Made by a program: the position numbers and the translations under genes. A stretch of DNA of 64,000 nucleotides from Octopus sinensis (Eukaryota), in the NCBI RefSeq assembly GCF_006345805.1, contig NC_043011.1, positions 15,636,464-15,700,463 of the forward strand. Direction: 5' to 3'. The notes below the pieces were generated by a model, which saw only the letters and a list, made by a program, of their open reading frames with translations, ran no database searches and was not told where the DNA came from. Shown piece by piece: positions 27,060 through 41,159 of the stretch. Position 1 is the stretch's first letter, and every line of letters starts with the position of its first letter.

Positions 27060-27400
27060 TATGCATGATTGGGTAGATGCTGAGAAAAAGAAAGAATCGT
27101 ATCATCAACGTAAGACTGGATAGTTTTCTCCAAGAAGGTACATAGGATAATGATGTAGAATATAAATGAAACAATGGGGGACAAAACTGAACCTTGGGAC
27201 ATACCAAAGTTAATCGACATTGGGAGAGAAAAATATCGACTCAATAGTGGTATTAAATTAGAAGCTACAGCTCAGAATATGTCCAGTTAACATTCAGTAA
27301 CATTCATCTATTTTTTAAACATGCGATTTATATTTAAAATGAGACGTTTGGGCGTTTGGAAAGTTGAAGTCGCCTGACTGGGGGTACGGGAAAATAAAAC
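27060..27400 (-). mobile_element. CR1/L2-like LINE remnant with APE and RT motifs juxtaposed by deletion
   Basis: Minus strand GDFNFPN near 27375, then GMSQGSVLSP..QSYVDDT. Confidence 0.75.
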
Positions 27401-28495
27401 ATGCCACCCTGGAACAATTGATTCAATGAATGTTCGACGAAAGCTGGCATAATTGGAAGATTAATGCGAAGCAGTATGTTCGGTTCAACAGAATTGAGAA
27501 TATTTTAAAAGTGAGGTGACTACATAAGTAGTGCACTGCTACAGTGAACGTGGGAACAAAAGGTCGATACTAGATGCTGAATAATGATATATATATCAGT
27601 TTGTGGAGTGTGTGAATCGTTATGTCACAGATACATAAACATACTGCCGCAAATATGCATTAGATAATCTTATCCAATACGGAAATTTAGAGATATATCT
27701 TAAATTCTTGTTACGACAGTGTAACATTACAACACTTGACGAATCTGCAGTGCGAGATATATTGATTTTTATTCTCATGTTTAAAAGTATAATCTGTATC
27801 CCTAAATTCCAAAGTAGTGTAGAAAAATAGAATGTGCAAATTTCGAGAAATTTTGACCTAAATACAACAGATGAAATGAAACCGTACTTATTGAAGGTGA
27901 AATCAGATACGGCATTCTATTATTGGTCAATTCACATTCCTGATTATTGATTAATTTAGCCGGAGTATATAGGCTAATGTCAAATTGGAGTTCCATGAAA
28001 ATACAAGTCTATTTTAATTCACACTATTCTATCTCATCAGTATGAGAGAGAGGGAGAGAGAGAGAGAAGAAGAGAAGTACACTTTTCATTTAAAACCATT
28101 TGAATTTGTTTTCCAAAACTAGAATATTAATCAATACAGATATTCTTCTATGCATTTTCTTTCTCTTTAATAAATTTGTAATTACTGTTTCTGTTTAATT
28201 AGCTATTTTTATTAAATTTCAAAATATAATTCCAGTTAATTGTTTGCAAGAAGACGAAATGGCGATTTGATTTTCTGTTTCAACTTGTCTCCACATTAAG
28301 AATTCTTTTTATGAAGGAAGTAACAATGAAAACGTTTATAATACTAGATTATACAGGAATACCTGTTATATGTATCGACATTTTAAATAAAATAAAGAAA
28401 TACATCTCACGTCAAGAGGAATCACGTTCAAATAAAAACATAGTTCCAGAAAGAAAATTAAATAATAAAATAATGTAACAGAATATTTATAACCT

Positions 28496-28726
28496 ATTTC
28501 TTTACTGCCCACAAGGGGCTAAACACAGAGAGGACAAACAAGGACAGACAAACGGATTAAGTCGATTACATCGACCCAGTGCATAACTGGTACTTAATTT
28601 ATCGACCCCGAAAGGATGAAAGGCAAAGTCGACCTCGGCGGAATTTGAACTCAGAACGTAGCGGCAGACCAAATACCGCTAAGCAGTTCGCCCGGTCTGC
28701 TAACGATTGCGCCAGTTCACCGCCCT
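28496..28726 (-). mobile_element. Full-length SINE family A with TSD
   Basis: TSD aatatttataa(c/t)ct at 28482-28495 and 28727-28740. Confidence 0.93.
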
Positions 28727-29106
28727 AATATTTATAATCTGCGCTCATATAACTTCAATTAAATTCGATAACAAAACCAAGTAGGAACTGCTTATTCACC
28801 ACAGCACTGCTTACATGATGTTCAACTAGAGCGTAATGGCTGTTGACAAGCATCGCAGAGTCAGAATACACTATAACTTCCTAAATCCCCCAAAAAGTAA
28901 TTTTCTTAAATAATTCCCTACTCGCTACACTACAATCGCAAACACTATTTGAGCAGAGTTCACACTGATAAAACAGCGATATTTGCCGCCAACCCATATT
29001 GGAAACTAGCCTCAACAAAATTTTACTAATCCACACCAATAGAATCAGGTCTACATAAACTCTACCATCAATTTCAAAAGAGTATTCGATTAATGCAAGT
29101 AAATAT

Positions 29107-29334
29107 ATATTTCTTTACTACCCAAAAGGGGCTAAACACAGAGAAGACAAACAAGGATAGACAAACGAATTAAGTCGATTATATCGACCCCAGTGCGTAA
29201 CTGGACGCATTTAATCGACCCGGAAAGGATGAAAGGCCAAGTCGACCTCGACGGAATTTGAACTCAGAACGTAACGGCAGACAAAATACGGCGACGCATT
29301 TCGCCCGGCGTGCTAACGTTTCTGCCAGCTCGCC
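29107..29334 (-). mobile_element. Full-length SINE family A with TSD
   Basis: TSD gcaagtaaatat at 29095-29106 and 29335-29346. Confidence 0.93.
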
Positions 29335-30617
29335 GCAAGTAAATATCACAACGGTAAACAAAACGTTTCCGGTATAATTACTTCCAAACTGGATCATACA
29401 CATTTTAAACACGTCCTTTCCTGAAGAGCATAGATCTTTATATAGGGACGGATACCTGAAACACTGTTTAGCATGCTTAGAGAAATCAGTATATTTTCAT
29501 TGAATCAAAACCTGCTCCACTTGTACCCAATGCCAAATGTTTCTGGCTTCTAGCAACTTCAGCAAAATCAAACATAAATTATACCAGTACAATTTTCGAC
29601 CGCATTCGGAGAGATGAATTTTTTATTTAAATTTGTTTCCTGCTGGAAGCACTCTCCCGGTCCCCACTTTGTTGCAACACTGGTATATCTTAGATATTTT
29701 ATGCTTCATATACTGAACTTTCTGTTCACTACGATGAACCTGATATACCAGGGTCACAAGTATATCACTCTAGGATCTTATGTATTTCTACCAGTGACAC
29801 AGGTGTGAGCACACGCAAAAGAGTCAACACAAAATGCCATTAGAATTCTGACTAGATAATACTAGATTACACTCAGTATACATACACAAACATATGCACA
29901 TATAAAGAGACTGTGTCTGTGTTCATGTTCGTGCATAATTTATTTGGAGATTGAATGTTCTTGTGTGTTCTGTACTCAACAAGAAATGACACTTGCATAG
30001 AGCAGATTAGAAATGTATTTGAACGTGAGTATTTGTATATAAGCAGGTACTTAAATGCAACTGGGAACGTTCGCTGTGGGACAAACCCACTGTGATTCGG
30101 GTTTCCGCCGCTCGAAGACATTTTATACGACACCCAGGCAGCAGTTTGCCGGCCGTTGTCTTTTGCTCGGGTCGTACTGCTACGTGGTGCATCTTTGTTT
30201 TACAGTGCTTCACCCCAGCTCGTCGATATAGATTATAGGGTATAGATTAGTGTGATTAGTAGTCACAATCAAAAGTTTGAATGCTATATTCAGAATCTTC
30301 ACTTTTGAATGTGGCAATAATGTTTTCATCTGATTGCTACTAAGCTTAATCAATCAATGAGTTGTCCTTGCTCGTCATTGAATTAGAATCATCATAAGCG
30401 ACGAAAAGCGGGCTCTCTATAATCATATTCAAGGAAAACGACAATAGTTAGAACCTACTATAAAAGCGAATTCATCTTCAAGCCTGAGCTAAATCTCCAA
30501 TATTTACCTTCTGTGTTACCATGAAGTATTGAATGTCGATTTAAAGCATAACACAATAACTTGCAGAAAATGTGTTCCAAATTTGTTAATTGTAAAGAGG
30601 TTTTCGCTCTTACACGA

Positions 30618-30730
30618 TGAATGGTCAGTAGCTGACAGCAGTCGCAGTTCAATTCAGGAATTGTTTATGGAATTTGCGTAGGCGTTATACTGAAATTGAA
30701 CTGCGACTGCTGTCAGCTACTGACAATTCA
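30618..30730. repeat. Inverted repeat with perfect 31-bp arms and a 39-bp spacer
   Basis: 30624-30654 is the exact reverse complement of 30694-30724. Confidence 0.95.
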
Positions 30731-30732
30731 AA

Positions 30733-31303
30733 ATACGACCATCAAGGCATTCCCAGATTTCCCCACCCCCTCTCCACATCAGCCTCCTTATTCTTCACCT
30801 ACCCTACCAAAAACTCACAACGACCTCGAACACACAAGTGCAAACAAGGGAGTCAGAGAAAGGCAGAATGTTACTTATATTTGAACACTACTATAGAATA
30901 TCTTTATTCTTTAAAAACTTCTCTTCTAATTTTCTAAATTTAATTATTTAATCGTTACAGTTGAAAGGTCTCAATGACCGAAACCGGTACTGAAAGATTC
31001 ACTATAAATTATCTTAGCATTTTCATTTTTTACTTGTTTTTTCATATAATCAACTCGTGTGTTCCTTTCCACCCTTATACATATATATATACATATTATA
31101 TATATATATTATATAATATATATAATATATATATATATAATATATATATATTAATATATATATACATATATATAATATACATATATATAATATATATATA
31201 TTATATATATATAATATTATATATATATATATATTTTATATATATTATATATATATAATATATATTATATATAATATTATATATATATATTATATATATT
31301 ATA

Positions 31304-31347
<44 letters not shown>

Positions 31348-31374
31348 TTATATATATATATATATAATATATAT

Positions 31375-31405
<31 letters not shown>

Positions 31406-32065
31406 ATATCTATTTATAATATTATATATTATATATATTATATATTATATATATATATTTATATAAATATATTATATATATTATATATATGTAATATATA
31501 TATATATATATATATATTATATACTTTGATACTTTGATACTTTGATAGGTTTCGGCCATTATTGGCCCAGCCATGTCTAACTTAATAGCACCACCTGGTA
31601 TATAATATATATATATAATAATATATAATATATATATATATATTTATTATATATATATATATATAATATATAATATATATATATATATAATATATATATA
31701 ATATATTATATATATTATATATATTATATATATATATATTATAATATATATATATATATATAGATATATATATATATATATATATATAATATGTGAGTTC
31801 TTGGTAGGGTAGGTGAAGAATAAGGAGGCTGATGTGGAGAGGGGGTGGGGAAATCTGGGAATGCCTTGATGGTCGTATGGGTACAGGACGACACGAACGG
31901 TGCAAATAACATACACACGCGAGATAGATACAACAGGGGAACAATAGTTACAGGAAAACAAACCCAGTAAAATACGCGAAAAAATCGAAAACCGGACAAG
32001 TTAACACAGAAAAAGGACCCTTCGTCAGTTGTCGATTGTGTATCTACTTCTCATTTCGAGCATTC
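30733..32065. mobile_element. Two overlapping fragments of one probable Penelope-like element in inverted orientation around (TA)n
   Basis: The 87-bp segment 30733-30819 is inverted at 31792-31878 with 1 mismatch. A hammerhead-like GGTC-tcaat-GACC-GAAACCGGTA lies at about 30967-30989. Confidence 0.6.
31520..31600 (-). mobile_element. Short non-LTR 3' end with an 8-nt tandem tail
   Basis: Minus-strand stem-loop ggcca-ataa-tggcc followed by (atcaaagt)x3; embedded in (TA)n. Confidence 0.45.
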
Positions 32066-34119
32066 TCTCCCAGCATTTACTATTCTCCTTTCGTTCCGGT
32101 CTAACGACTTTCCTTCTTTGTTTTCGTTCGGTTTCCTTGTATGTCTCCATTGTTATTTTCTTTTCTCAAATTATATATATATATATACCTCGCAGAAAAG
32201 TAAGCTAACAAGAGCTAAAAATAGACGAAAATAAATATTTCAAAAATGTATTATAGATTATATAATTTAATCGGAAATTTCATAAATCACAGCAGCTACT
32301 TTTTCGCTTTAACTATCATTACAAACAATCAACTTAGTAAAGAGTACAAATTTGAATTTATTTACAGCGTAAGTCATAAATTTTTTGCAAAGACACGTTA
32401 AGAACAGAACACTGTTTCATGCAGTATCAAAATTATTTTAGAATATATCGGTTATTCTCTCGCATGTGTATTTGGTATATGTAACGATAAAACACCTAAC
32501 AAATAATTTAATTTTTGCACAACATCAATAGGTATATTACTTTTCTTTATTCTTTTCAGCTGTTATGTATCTGAAAATATGTTAAGAAATATTTTGATTT
32601 ATGATGCCAGAATAACATCAATCTTGAAGTTTTGGTAAGCTGGAACATTTGTAATGTAATCATATATAATTTTTTTTCTGAGATGTAAATTTCCGTATTG
32701 TCGTTACTGTGTTTATAACGTTTGATATGCAGTGTATTCAAATTTTAAAGGCCTTCCGTTCTTTTGCACATTTGATATATCCATTTTAATAAACAATTGA
32801 CCAAATATATTCCAAGAATTTTGAATGTTGATGCTAATTAAATTTTCCTAGAAATGTACTTACAGCTTCTCCAGCATAATATTTCGATGGTGAGTTATCA
32901 CTCAAAATACATTTGGACGGTAAAATGTCTATTTCGAAAAGTATGAATTAAATAATCAACAATTTACCAGACTCAGATATTTACATGGACAGCAAATGTT
33001 CGATAGAGAATGTTTTGCTTAACTTCTAAGTAGAAGTACGAGATCATAATTTCATAAATTGAATTGTATATATTTGTGAATGTATCCAAAACATTTTCTC
33101 GTCAATTTGGCGCATATTGTTTGTTATTTATCCCATGAATGTAATTCTTCATCTAAAATACTTTTATATTCTTTTCCGTAACTGTTCTCTGCATATCAGT
33201 TATATATAACAAATTGAAAGTTTGGCCCATTGCACATAGGTCTGACTGGTAATGTATAGTTGATACTACTTGCATATACGTTATATTAAATTATTTATCC
33301 ATCAAACATATATTCATATAAGGATTTCAATATTAATATTTATATCATTTGAATGTCTTCACTGATTTACATTCTTATTATATATATTTCTCAAAGAGCA
33401 AATATAAAAAATGTAGTTATATTACCCAATTCATACACATTACTAAACGTTAATCAAATCATAAAAAAAAACAGACTCCATGTAAAAACATCGACAATGA
33501 GTATGAATTATGAAATAATCTTAAGAATATCTAAACATCTAGAATATGTTTCCTTTAGGTATACAAACAATCAGTTTATAATATTTCCAGTATTTTCGCC
33601 TTCGCGCCAGAACTGATTAAAATGATATGTTTTACAACCTTATATACAGTGTTCGGCGAAACCATTCAACATTTTCTAAGTTTACAAAAAGGCGAAGGTA
33701 AATATTTGCTAAAATGGCGAAGATAAATATTTGCTAAAATTGATTAAAATATATAGCTGACGTTACCGTGGATACAGTTGGTTTCATTTGGTTCTAAGGA
33801 TGACATCACAAAAGTATTGCCTTTCATCTATCATGATGCACTATTGCCGTCTTTTTCGATGATATTTCTACAATTGTTTGGGGCATACAAGCCATCAATT
33901 CGGTAATGGTTTTTGGTCGAAGTTCGTATACCTAAGTTTTCAGACGTTTGTAAAACTCAGCTTTCAGTACACCTCTGCTTTCAGAAGTTTGTACACATCA
34001 GCTTTCAAAAGCTTGTACACCTCAGTATCTCTGCCATAGTCTCCTTTAGAGAGAATTAGAAATAATGATATTTCTCTCTGTCTCTCTGTCTGTCTCTCTC
34101 TCTCTCTTTCTCTCTCTCC

Positions 34120-34285
34120 TTGTTTCTCTACTTGTTTTTTTCTGTGTATCTTTCTGTCGAAGAGCGTAGGCTCGAAACGTAATAGACTTTTTCTATTTCT
34201 ATTCCTGAGCGCTATACTAATACAATTGTTTGTTTGTATTCCACCTGCCTCCTTCTTTTGTTTATTTCGTAAACTTTCCCGTTAT
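34120..34285 (+). mobile_element. Penelope-like terminal cassette with a variant minimal hammerhead motif
   Basis: tctttCTGTCGAaGAGCgtagGCTCGAAACGTAataga at 34149-34186. Homologous to the reverse complement of 24231-24400; ends at a short (TA)n. Confidence 0.7.
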
Positions 34286-34339
34286 ATATATAGTTATTTA
34301 ATAAACATTATATCTATTGTTATGTGTTAATATTTGTTT

Positions 34340-35140
34340 TATGTGATGAAAGCATAGCACACAGTTTTTTTTAGCAAATCTCGTGTCTCAGCGCAATCGT
34401 CAGGCACTGCGCTCATTGTATAACAAGCTAAAAATAAGACGATAGGATGAAAAAAGCCAATAAAGTGCAAGAAAGTAGTAGATATAAAAGGTGTTAAGTT
34501 GAAAAACCTGAAAACGCTAACGGAAACAGAAAAAAACAAAAGGCGGGGTGGGGTTGGATTAGAGTTATTTCCCCTATCACCGTAAAAGACAAGGGGGAAA
34601 ATATAATGGCCTAGAGTCTGCAGTACAGCTGTTCTATCCGGAGAAAGTGGTACTTTCGAATTCGTCAACAAGAGCTTGGTCATATTCATACAACCTCTGA
34701 AAATTTCGGATCGGAAATTCAGCTGTGTGTTAGAGTTCTTAGATCTGAAAAAAGATTTGAGTTCTTTCAGCTATGCATAACTTAACTTCTTTTGATCCGG
34801 TAATATATGGTGTAAATCTTTCGACTAGTTTCCACTTTATAGTTTGTGGTTTTTGCATTACTAGCATTAATTTTGACCCTTGTCAGAAGGAAGGTATGTG
34901 TTTAGCATAGCGATTTTTGAAGTGGCCTTCACATAGTCCGATGGAGCTCTTCTTATCGTTTGTGTTATCATCTAGCGTTGCAGTAACTTCTAACTCATAT
35001 ATGACGAATTTCATCGTACATCCTTGCCGAGTAGACAGGTTCGTGGGTCTCGACATTTACAAATAGGAGTGGGCTTTTCGTGTTCTCGTGTAATAATGCT
35101 CTCGATATTGTAGAAGCAGCTATATGAAAATTTCACCGAG
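34340..35140 (-). mobile_element. Penelope-like GIY-YIG endonuclease remnant plus 3' region
   Basis: Minus strand, frameshifted: CKCRDPRTCLLGK, IGLCEGHFKNRYAKHIPSF and TGSKEVKLCIAERTQI..LNFRSEIFRGC. Confidence 0.8.
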
Positions 35141-35171
35141 TGTGTGTTAAATATTTTCTTGCACCGATATA

Positions 35172-35516
35172 TCCTCCTCCTCCTCATCATCATCATCACC
35201 ATCATCATCACCATCATCACCATCATCATCATCATATTCATCATCATCCTCATCCTCATCATCACCATCCTCATCATCATCATCATCATCTTCCTCCCCT
35301 CTTCCACCTTGTCCTCCTCCTCCACCATCCTCCTCCTCCTCCTCCTCCTCCTCATGATCATCATCATCGTTTAATATTTTCCTTCCATGTTGGCATACAT
35401 TGAATGGTTTGTAAAGAGCTGGCCAGGCGGGATCCTGCGCCATGCTTCTGAGTCTGTTTTGGCATGCTTTTCGCGGCTGGATGCCCATCCTATACCAACC
35501 ACTCCGTAGACTGGGC

Positions 35517-35518
<2 letters not shown>
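35172..35518 (-). mobile_element. (CAT/CCT)n tract adjoining a SINE/LINE-tail fragment (35369-35518)
   Basis: Microsatellite seen directly. The adjacent cggctggatgcccatcct block resembles RTE-type tails, from recollection only. Confidence 0.5.
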
Positions 35519-35578
<60 letters not shown>

Positions 35579-36292
35579 TGTATGTATCTATGTATGTACA
35601 TGTGCCTCTACATATCAGTTTCTAAGCTTATGTGTATGTGAGTGGGTATGAACGCATACATACTGTTACATATTTCACCGGTATTTGCTTTAACTGTAAC
35701 ACCTCTTTAAGGCATTGACATTATGAGCATTTGAATAGAAACAGGAGAAACATCAGCTAACAAATAAAATAATTTGAGAGCCCTTCCATGCTATTGTGGA
35801 ATTCTACTTCAGTCTGCTCATATCCAATTTAACCGAATTCCCAGTTATTAACCGTTCCTATTACTTCCTTGCTTTCTCCTTGTTATATCGTTGTATGGAA
35901 TCTGATGATATTCATTGTTTGATCCAATATTCAGAACTTGAGCTATTCCGGTTGAAGAGTGGTCTTTCAGGAATTTTACAATAGGCGTTTCAAATGTTAC
36001 TTTCTGGCCAAGTGAAACATTGTGTGCAACTGCTCATGCTTGAAAGGCTGGAAAAAAGCGCGCTGCTTCGGTTTGCCGTACTGGTTTTAATGACAAAATA
36101 TTACATGAAATCATTGAATGTGCAAAGTGTGATGATTCTATGTCGTGCTTACTGGTTGATTTAGTGAACGTTGCGATCTTTATAGTAGTAGAATTGTTAG
36201 CCTTTTTTGTTAAGCTATTTGTAAATGAATGTGAACAATCATCAATATACTGACTGCTCCGCGAATTGCTGTCGCTTATAGATATAAAACAA

Positions 36293-36522
36293 AGGCGGCG
36301 AGCTGGCAGAAACGTTAGCAGAATGCGTAGCCGTATTTCGTCTGCCGTTACGTTTGAGTTCAAATTCCGCCGAGGTCGACTTTGCCTTTCATCCTTCCGC
36401 GGTGGGGGGGTCGATAAATTAAGTACCAGTTACGCACTGGGGTCGATGCAATCGACTTAATCTGTCCGTCTGTCCTTGTTTGTCCCCTCTATCTTTAGCC
36501 CCTTGTGGGCAATAAAGAAATA
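36293..36522 (+). mobile_element. Near full-length SINE family A
   Basis: ggcggcgagctggcagaaacgttagc head, B box, and tail ttagccccttgtgggcaataaagaaata. Older minus-strand copies lie at about 36650-36860, 39120-39270 and 50120-50280. Confidence 0.93.
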
Positions 36523-38439
36523 TATATATAGAAAACTACCTAAAGTTATGTATCACAGTGCGCCATATCTTTCACTTATACATAACAATTCGCATATATT
36601 TTGTCGTTTGATTATAGAAACGAAATTTCCTTGCTCAGAAATATAATGGTTTCAAACTTTCGGCGCAAGGCTAACAATTTTGTTGGAGAAGATAACTCGA
36701 TTACATCGACCCAATGTTCAACCGGTATTTGGTTTATGAAGCTTGATAGGACAAAATGTAAAGTCGACCTTGATAGTATTTAAATTCAGAACGTAAAGAC
36801 GGTCGAAACAACGCTAAATACATTTGCCGGCGTGCTAACGACGCTGCCTTATTGCTAAGAAATATATTATCATAGATGTTTCCATATACAGGAATAATGG
36901 TTGAACTTCATCTAAAATCCGTAAAGATCACTTTCCGTTTTAAGTAAATAGATCTTCTAAACTATACACTCTTGATTTTCTTGAGAATAGACCACACAGT
37001 TTTGAAGAAGCCAAATGAAATAATTCTTATTTTAACGTAGGATCACTTCACACTACTTTGCATGTAAGAACCTCATTTCCGATGCTAGGAGATTCCTTCT
37101 CAATCTCTCCTTGAATATAAGAATTTGTGGCAAAACAGCATTCCTTATTAGCTAGGAGATTCAAAGTGAAAATAGCTATCGCAGTTCCATCCACGACGCC
37201 CGCCCACTCAAATATAGAGGAAGCGCAGGAATATTATATGAATCACACACCTTTCACTGAATATATAATATTGAATAGCAAGAGATTTTCTAAGACATTT
37301 CTTCTCAGCGATATCACTCTGGAATATACATATAGAAGGCGTTTTAATAGACACTCAATTGAAAGTAGCTATAGTTGCACAAGAACAAAAGCTAAATAGA
37401 TAAAATACAATTTCTAAAAAATCATATTAACACACGTAAAAAAATGAAGGTAAACGATCAAGCAATTAACCGAATACGTGTTCACTAGACAACTCTACCA
37501 AAGTAGAAACAAAAATAATATATGATTCAGAGGACGCCTTTATATAACCCAACGATGTTGAAACAAGTTACATAGACATGAACGAAGGAATATTTAACAA
37601 AAATGTATACAATCATATATCATTCTTTTAAACAAATAGATAGCAAAAATAGTATTCAGGTATATTCAGATGATACAATACTAAAATATTGAATCGTTTT
37701 AACTTTGATCCTTTACTATAATATTTATGCTAAATAACTTTTAGTATACCCTGTCGACAAATTTATTTTAATAGTACTTACGTTTTCTGGTTCTTATAAA
37801 CTTCAAATTATGCAATATCTAGCAATATTTATATCACACGTAATGTGTTTTAAGTCACAGTTTATATCAATGAATTATTCACCTTAACAGAAGAGATACT
37901 TTTATGAATATATTTTTAAATATTTAAAAAAATTTCAGTTACAATGCATGCTCAAAAGAAGGCTATTTCTAGACTAGAAAACAATAATAGCCTATACTAT
38001 AATGCAAACTAACTTAATATTCACGGATATTAGAAATATACAAATGTGAATATGTATGTGTCAGTATGCATGTATATTTCGACATATTTAACAGAGTTAT
38101 AAATTGTAACCCCTAAATATCTAGTTACTTTACGTTTCGAGGGGGAAAAAACAGACTCAAGACGGAGTTATTGGAACAAATAATTTCGGTATATTCAACT
38201 GATACAACACTCAAATTTAGCTTTGTGTCGGTTTTTCAGTCTTCGTAAAATTTATGTACGTAAAATATTGGTGTACTGTCAATATTAACAGTGAAATACC
38301 TTTCTTAGTATAGACGGTTATTTTTCGTTGGTATATTTTAGAAAATCTTCAGAAACGTTTCGGTCAAATATTTTCTGGGTTATGAAATATTTTCACTACG
38401 AAGAGCTTTAGAGTATACATAATGTTTTCACTGTATATA

Positions 38440-38815
38440 AAGCAGTCATACAAGTATCCTTTCCAGTTTCCCACCAGGTGTGACTGAAAGTTTTGGCCAA
38501 AAGGAATCTGAGATAAGCAGTAGATGTTTTCTTCCAAATAACCCATTACTAGTGTGGCAAGTGTAGGTGCTACCCTGGTACCCATCGCAGTCCCATGTAC
38601 GTATTTGTAGGTAGTATTGATTGTCAAAAAAGAAGTAGCTATTTTCTAGTACTAACTGTACCCATCCAAGTATGAACTCCTTGGAGAATCCTTATTGGAT
38701 TCCTTGTGGCTGTTTGTGTATCCAGAGCTCTACTGCTTCTTGTCCTATGTTATGAGGGGTATTGGTGTAGAGGCTGACTACATCAAAGTTGACTAATATG
38801 GTTTCTTTGTTTGGA
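38440..38815 (-). mobile_element. Penelope-like reverse transcriptase fragment
   Basis: ILVNFDVVSLYTNTPH..GTAMGTRVAPTLATLVMGYLEE..WKGYLYDCFI, matching PLE RT motifs. Confidence 0.9.
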
Positions 38816-40539
38816 ATATGATTTACGTCACATATATTTGTATTATTATATATATAATATATGTATGTGCGTAGACGTACGAATGATAACGAAGATTGTG
38901 TGGCGGTAAATATATCAATGTGTCGAGGTAATCACATGATCTTTCTTACAGGACAACTAATGCTGCTTGTTAATATATCATCGTAAATGCTCACCCGTCT
39001 CAATAATGCAGTAATATTTTGTTAATAAAAGTACTCAAGTCAAAAATGGAATTCAACAAACAGAAGTTATAAATACTGGATTTGTTTTGTGATTATTTGC
39101 TTGATTTATATCATTGATTTGACCCACGTGCTCGACTGTTGCTTGATTTATTGGACCCGGTGAAGATGAAATGCAAACTCGGTGGAATTTGAGCTCAGAA
39201 CGTAAGGACGGATGAAATGTAGCTAAACGTTTTGATCGACGTGCTAGCGATTCTGCCAGCTCGCCACCTTGCTGATTTACATGTTTGCCATCATAATATC
39301 CTGATCGTAGTTTGAAGAAAAGTCACACATATAAAAACAAAAAAACAAAAAATTCTAAATTCTCTTAATTATTTCAAATGGGGATGTAACTCAAATAAGA
39401 TTTAATAATAGGAAAAAAAATTTTGTTGTGTATTTTATATTCTGTATTTTTATTTATTCTCAAATGTTGAAATATATTTGTATTAAGACAGTTGTTTGTT
39501 TCAGACAAATGACAGCTGCATTTCCTTTTCCCTTCTATTTATTCTGTCTTTCCTGTCAGTCTGTCCATCATGCCATGAAACTGAAACCTAACTGTTGTAA
39601 AACCCATGCAATGAAATCTAAAATTACACTTCTTTGAAAGAAAAAAAGAAGAATAGAATAAAAATGATATCTGGCATTAGGGCACTACCCTATATTTTGG
39701 GAACTCTTAGAGCAAATCGATTCGAGATTTTGAGCAGATTACATCAACTCCAGTGATTAGCTAGTATTCATTTCATAGATTTCTGAAGGTTGAAATACAA
39801 CGTCGAACTCAGCAACGTTTGGATCTATAGCGTAATTTGTTGTAACTATGTTCTGCAAAAGCTTCTAAGCTAGCTCTAATAATTCTTACATTACTGACAC
39901 TAATATGGATGGACAAAACAGGAGTAATCAATTATATGGTTATATGACTGTATTTATATTAACAGTTCTGAAGAGATGAAAGCCAGAATCGATGCAGAAG
40001 GAATATTATCAAGAACGCTCAATATTTAACTGAAACAGATCAAAATGACTTGCATAAAGTAGACGCAACTATTAAGCTCCGTGTATCTTTACACCTAGAA
40101 AATATGGAACATATCATCTACAACCGATTAACATACGTAGTTACGTAGTTACTGCATGAAGCAGAGTACTATGCGCTGTATGCACGATGCGAAGTACGTG
40201 GATGTATTTCATGGCGCTCCAATTCTTGTATTCGTTCATTGTTGTTTTAGGAATAAAGGAATACATTGTATGTAGTAAGTATGCTAATTTAGAATTAGCA
40301 TTCTTGAGAATAGCTGTATGGTTATGAGTGTAATATCATCTACGTTAATAGGCTCAGTCTATATTTTTGCGAATAAGTGGGAAGGAAGAGAATGTAGGAA
40401 TCAAATAAATAGGGAAAATATCAGATGTTTATTTTTGGGATCATGACTCCGCGATCAAGAAATGGAAAGCAAAATATGCAATGCCCTGAAGAAGGGTTTA
40501 ATTCTTATTTTAATTCTTATTTCTAGTGTCTAATATAAC

Positions 40540-41150
40540 TTCCTTTTTCAAAGTGATTATGATGTAAGTAAAGAGAAATTTATCTGCTAGTAGTAGCAGG
40601 TCAATCAGCGACGTATAAGCGTCGTGATTACCTTCTATTATAGATGCTAGAGTTATGAGTTATTCTTCAGTTAAAAAAAGGGAAATATGTGGGTTTGGTT
40701 TATCAGAAGTACGTCCTTCTAGATTTACTTATATATAATTGACATTATATATAAGTCAATCCTTCTAGAAATGACTTATATATAATGGTCATGTATAAAT
40801 GTAATGGTGCTCTATGCTGTACGACCCTAAATCGTTTTGTTTATGGTATAACGTTTTGATGATTTTGTCCGGGTTCCATATCCTGGAAGTTCATCAGGGT
40901 TAGTATGAGTAAGACTGATTGATGAATGTTGAAATCCTTTCAAAGACTAGATGTTTTAGACAGGCATCTGAATATTATACTCAAGGCTATTTATACTTCA
41001 TTTCCTTTTAATATAAACATTAATTTCCTGTTGGAGTGTTGACATATTTGCGCAATGATTGTCGTGACATGATTGCTGATTTAGTCGTTGTTGTTTGCGT
41101 TTTACATGTTGTTGTAACGTGTCTTTACTGTAAATGAACTAAGATCTGAA
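40540..41150 (-). mobile_element. Highly decayed RT-like remnant, possibly Penelope-like
   Basis: Weak pieces such as MNFQDME and TTLIRR in the expected order. Confidence 0.3.
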
Positions 41151-41159
41151 AGCATTGTT

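Noticed and set aside
29422-29470. CTGAAGA...GAAAC hammerhead-like spacing; similar weak cases near 9978 and 34385
   Set aside because: Stem II and stem I do not pair next to the core; at best decayed remnants.
29790-30250. Possible non-autonomous Helitron on the minus strand (TCTATAC start)
   Set aside because: No convincing 3' hairpin plus CTRR end.
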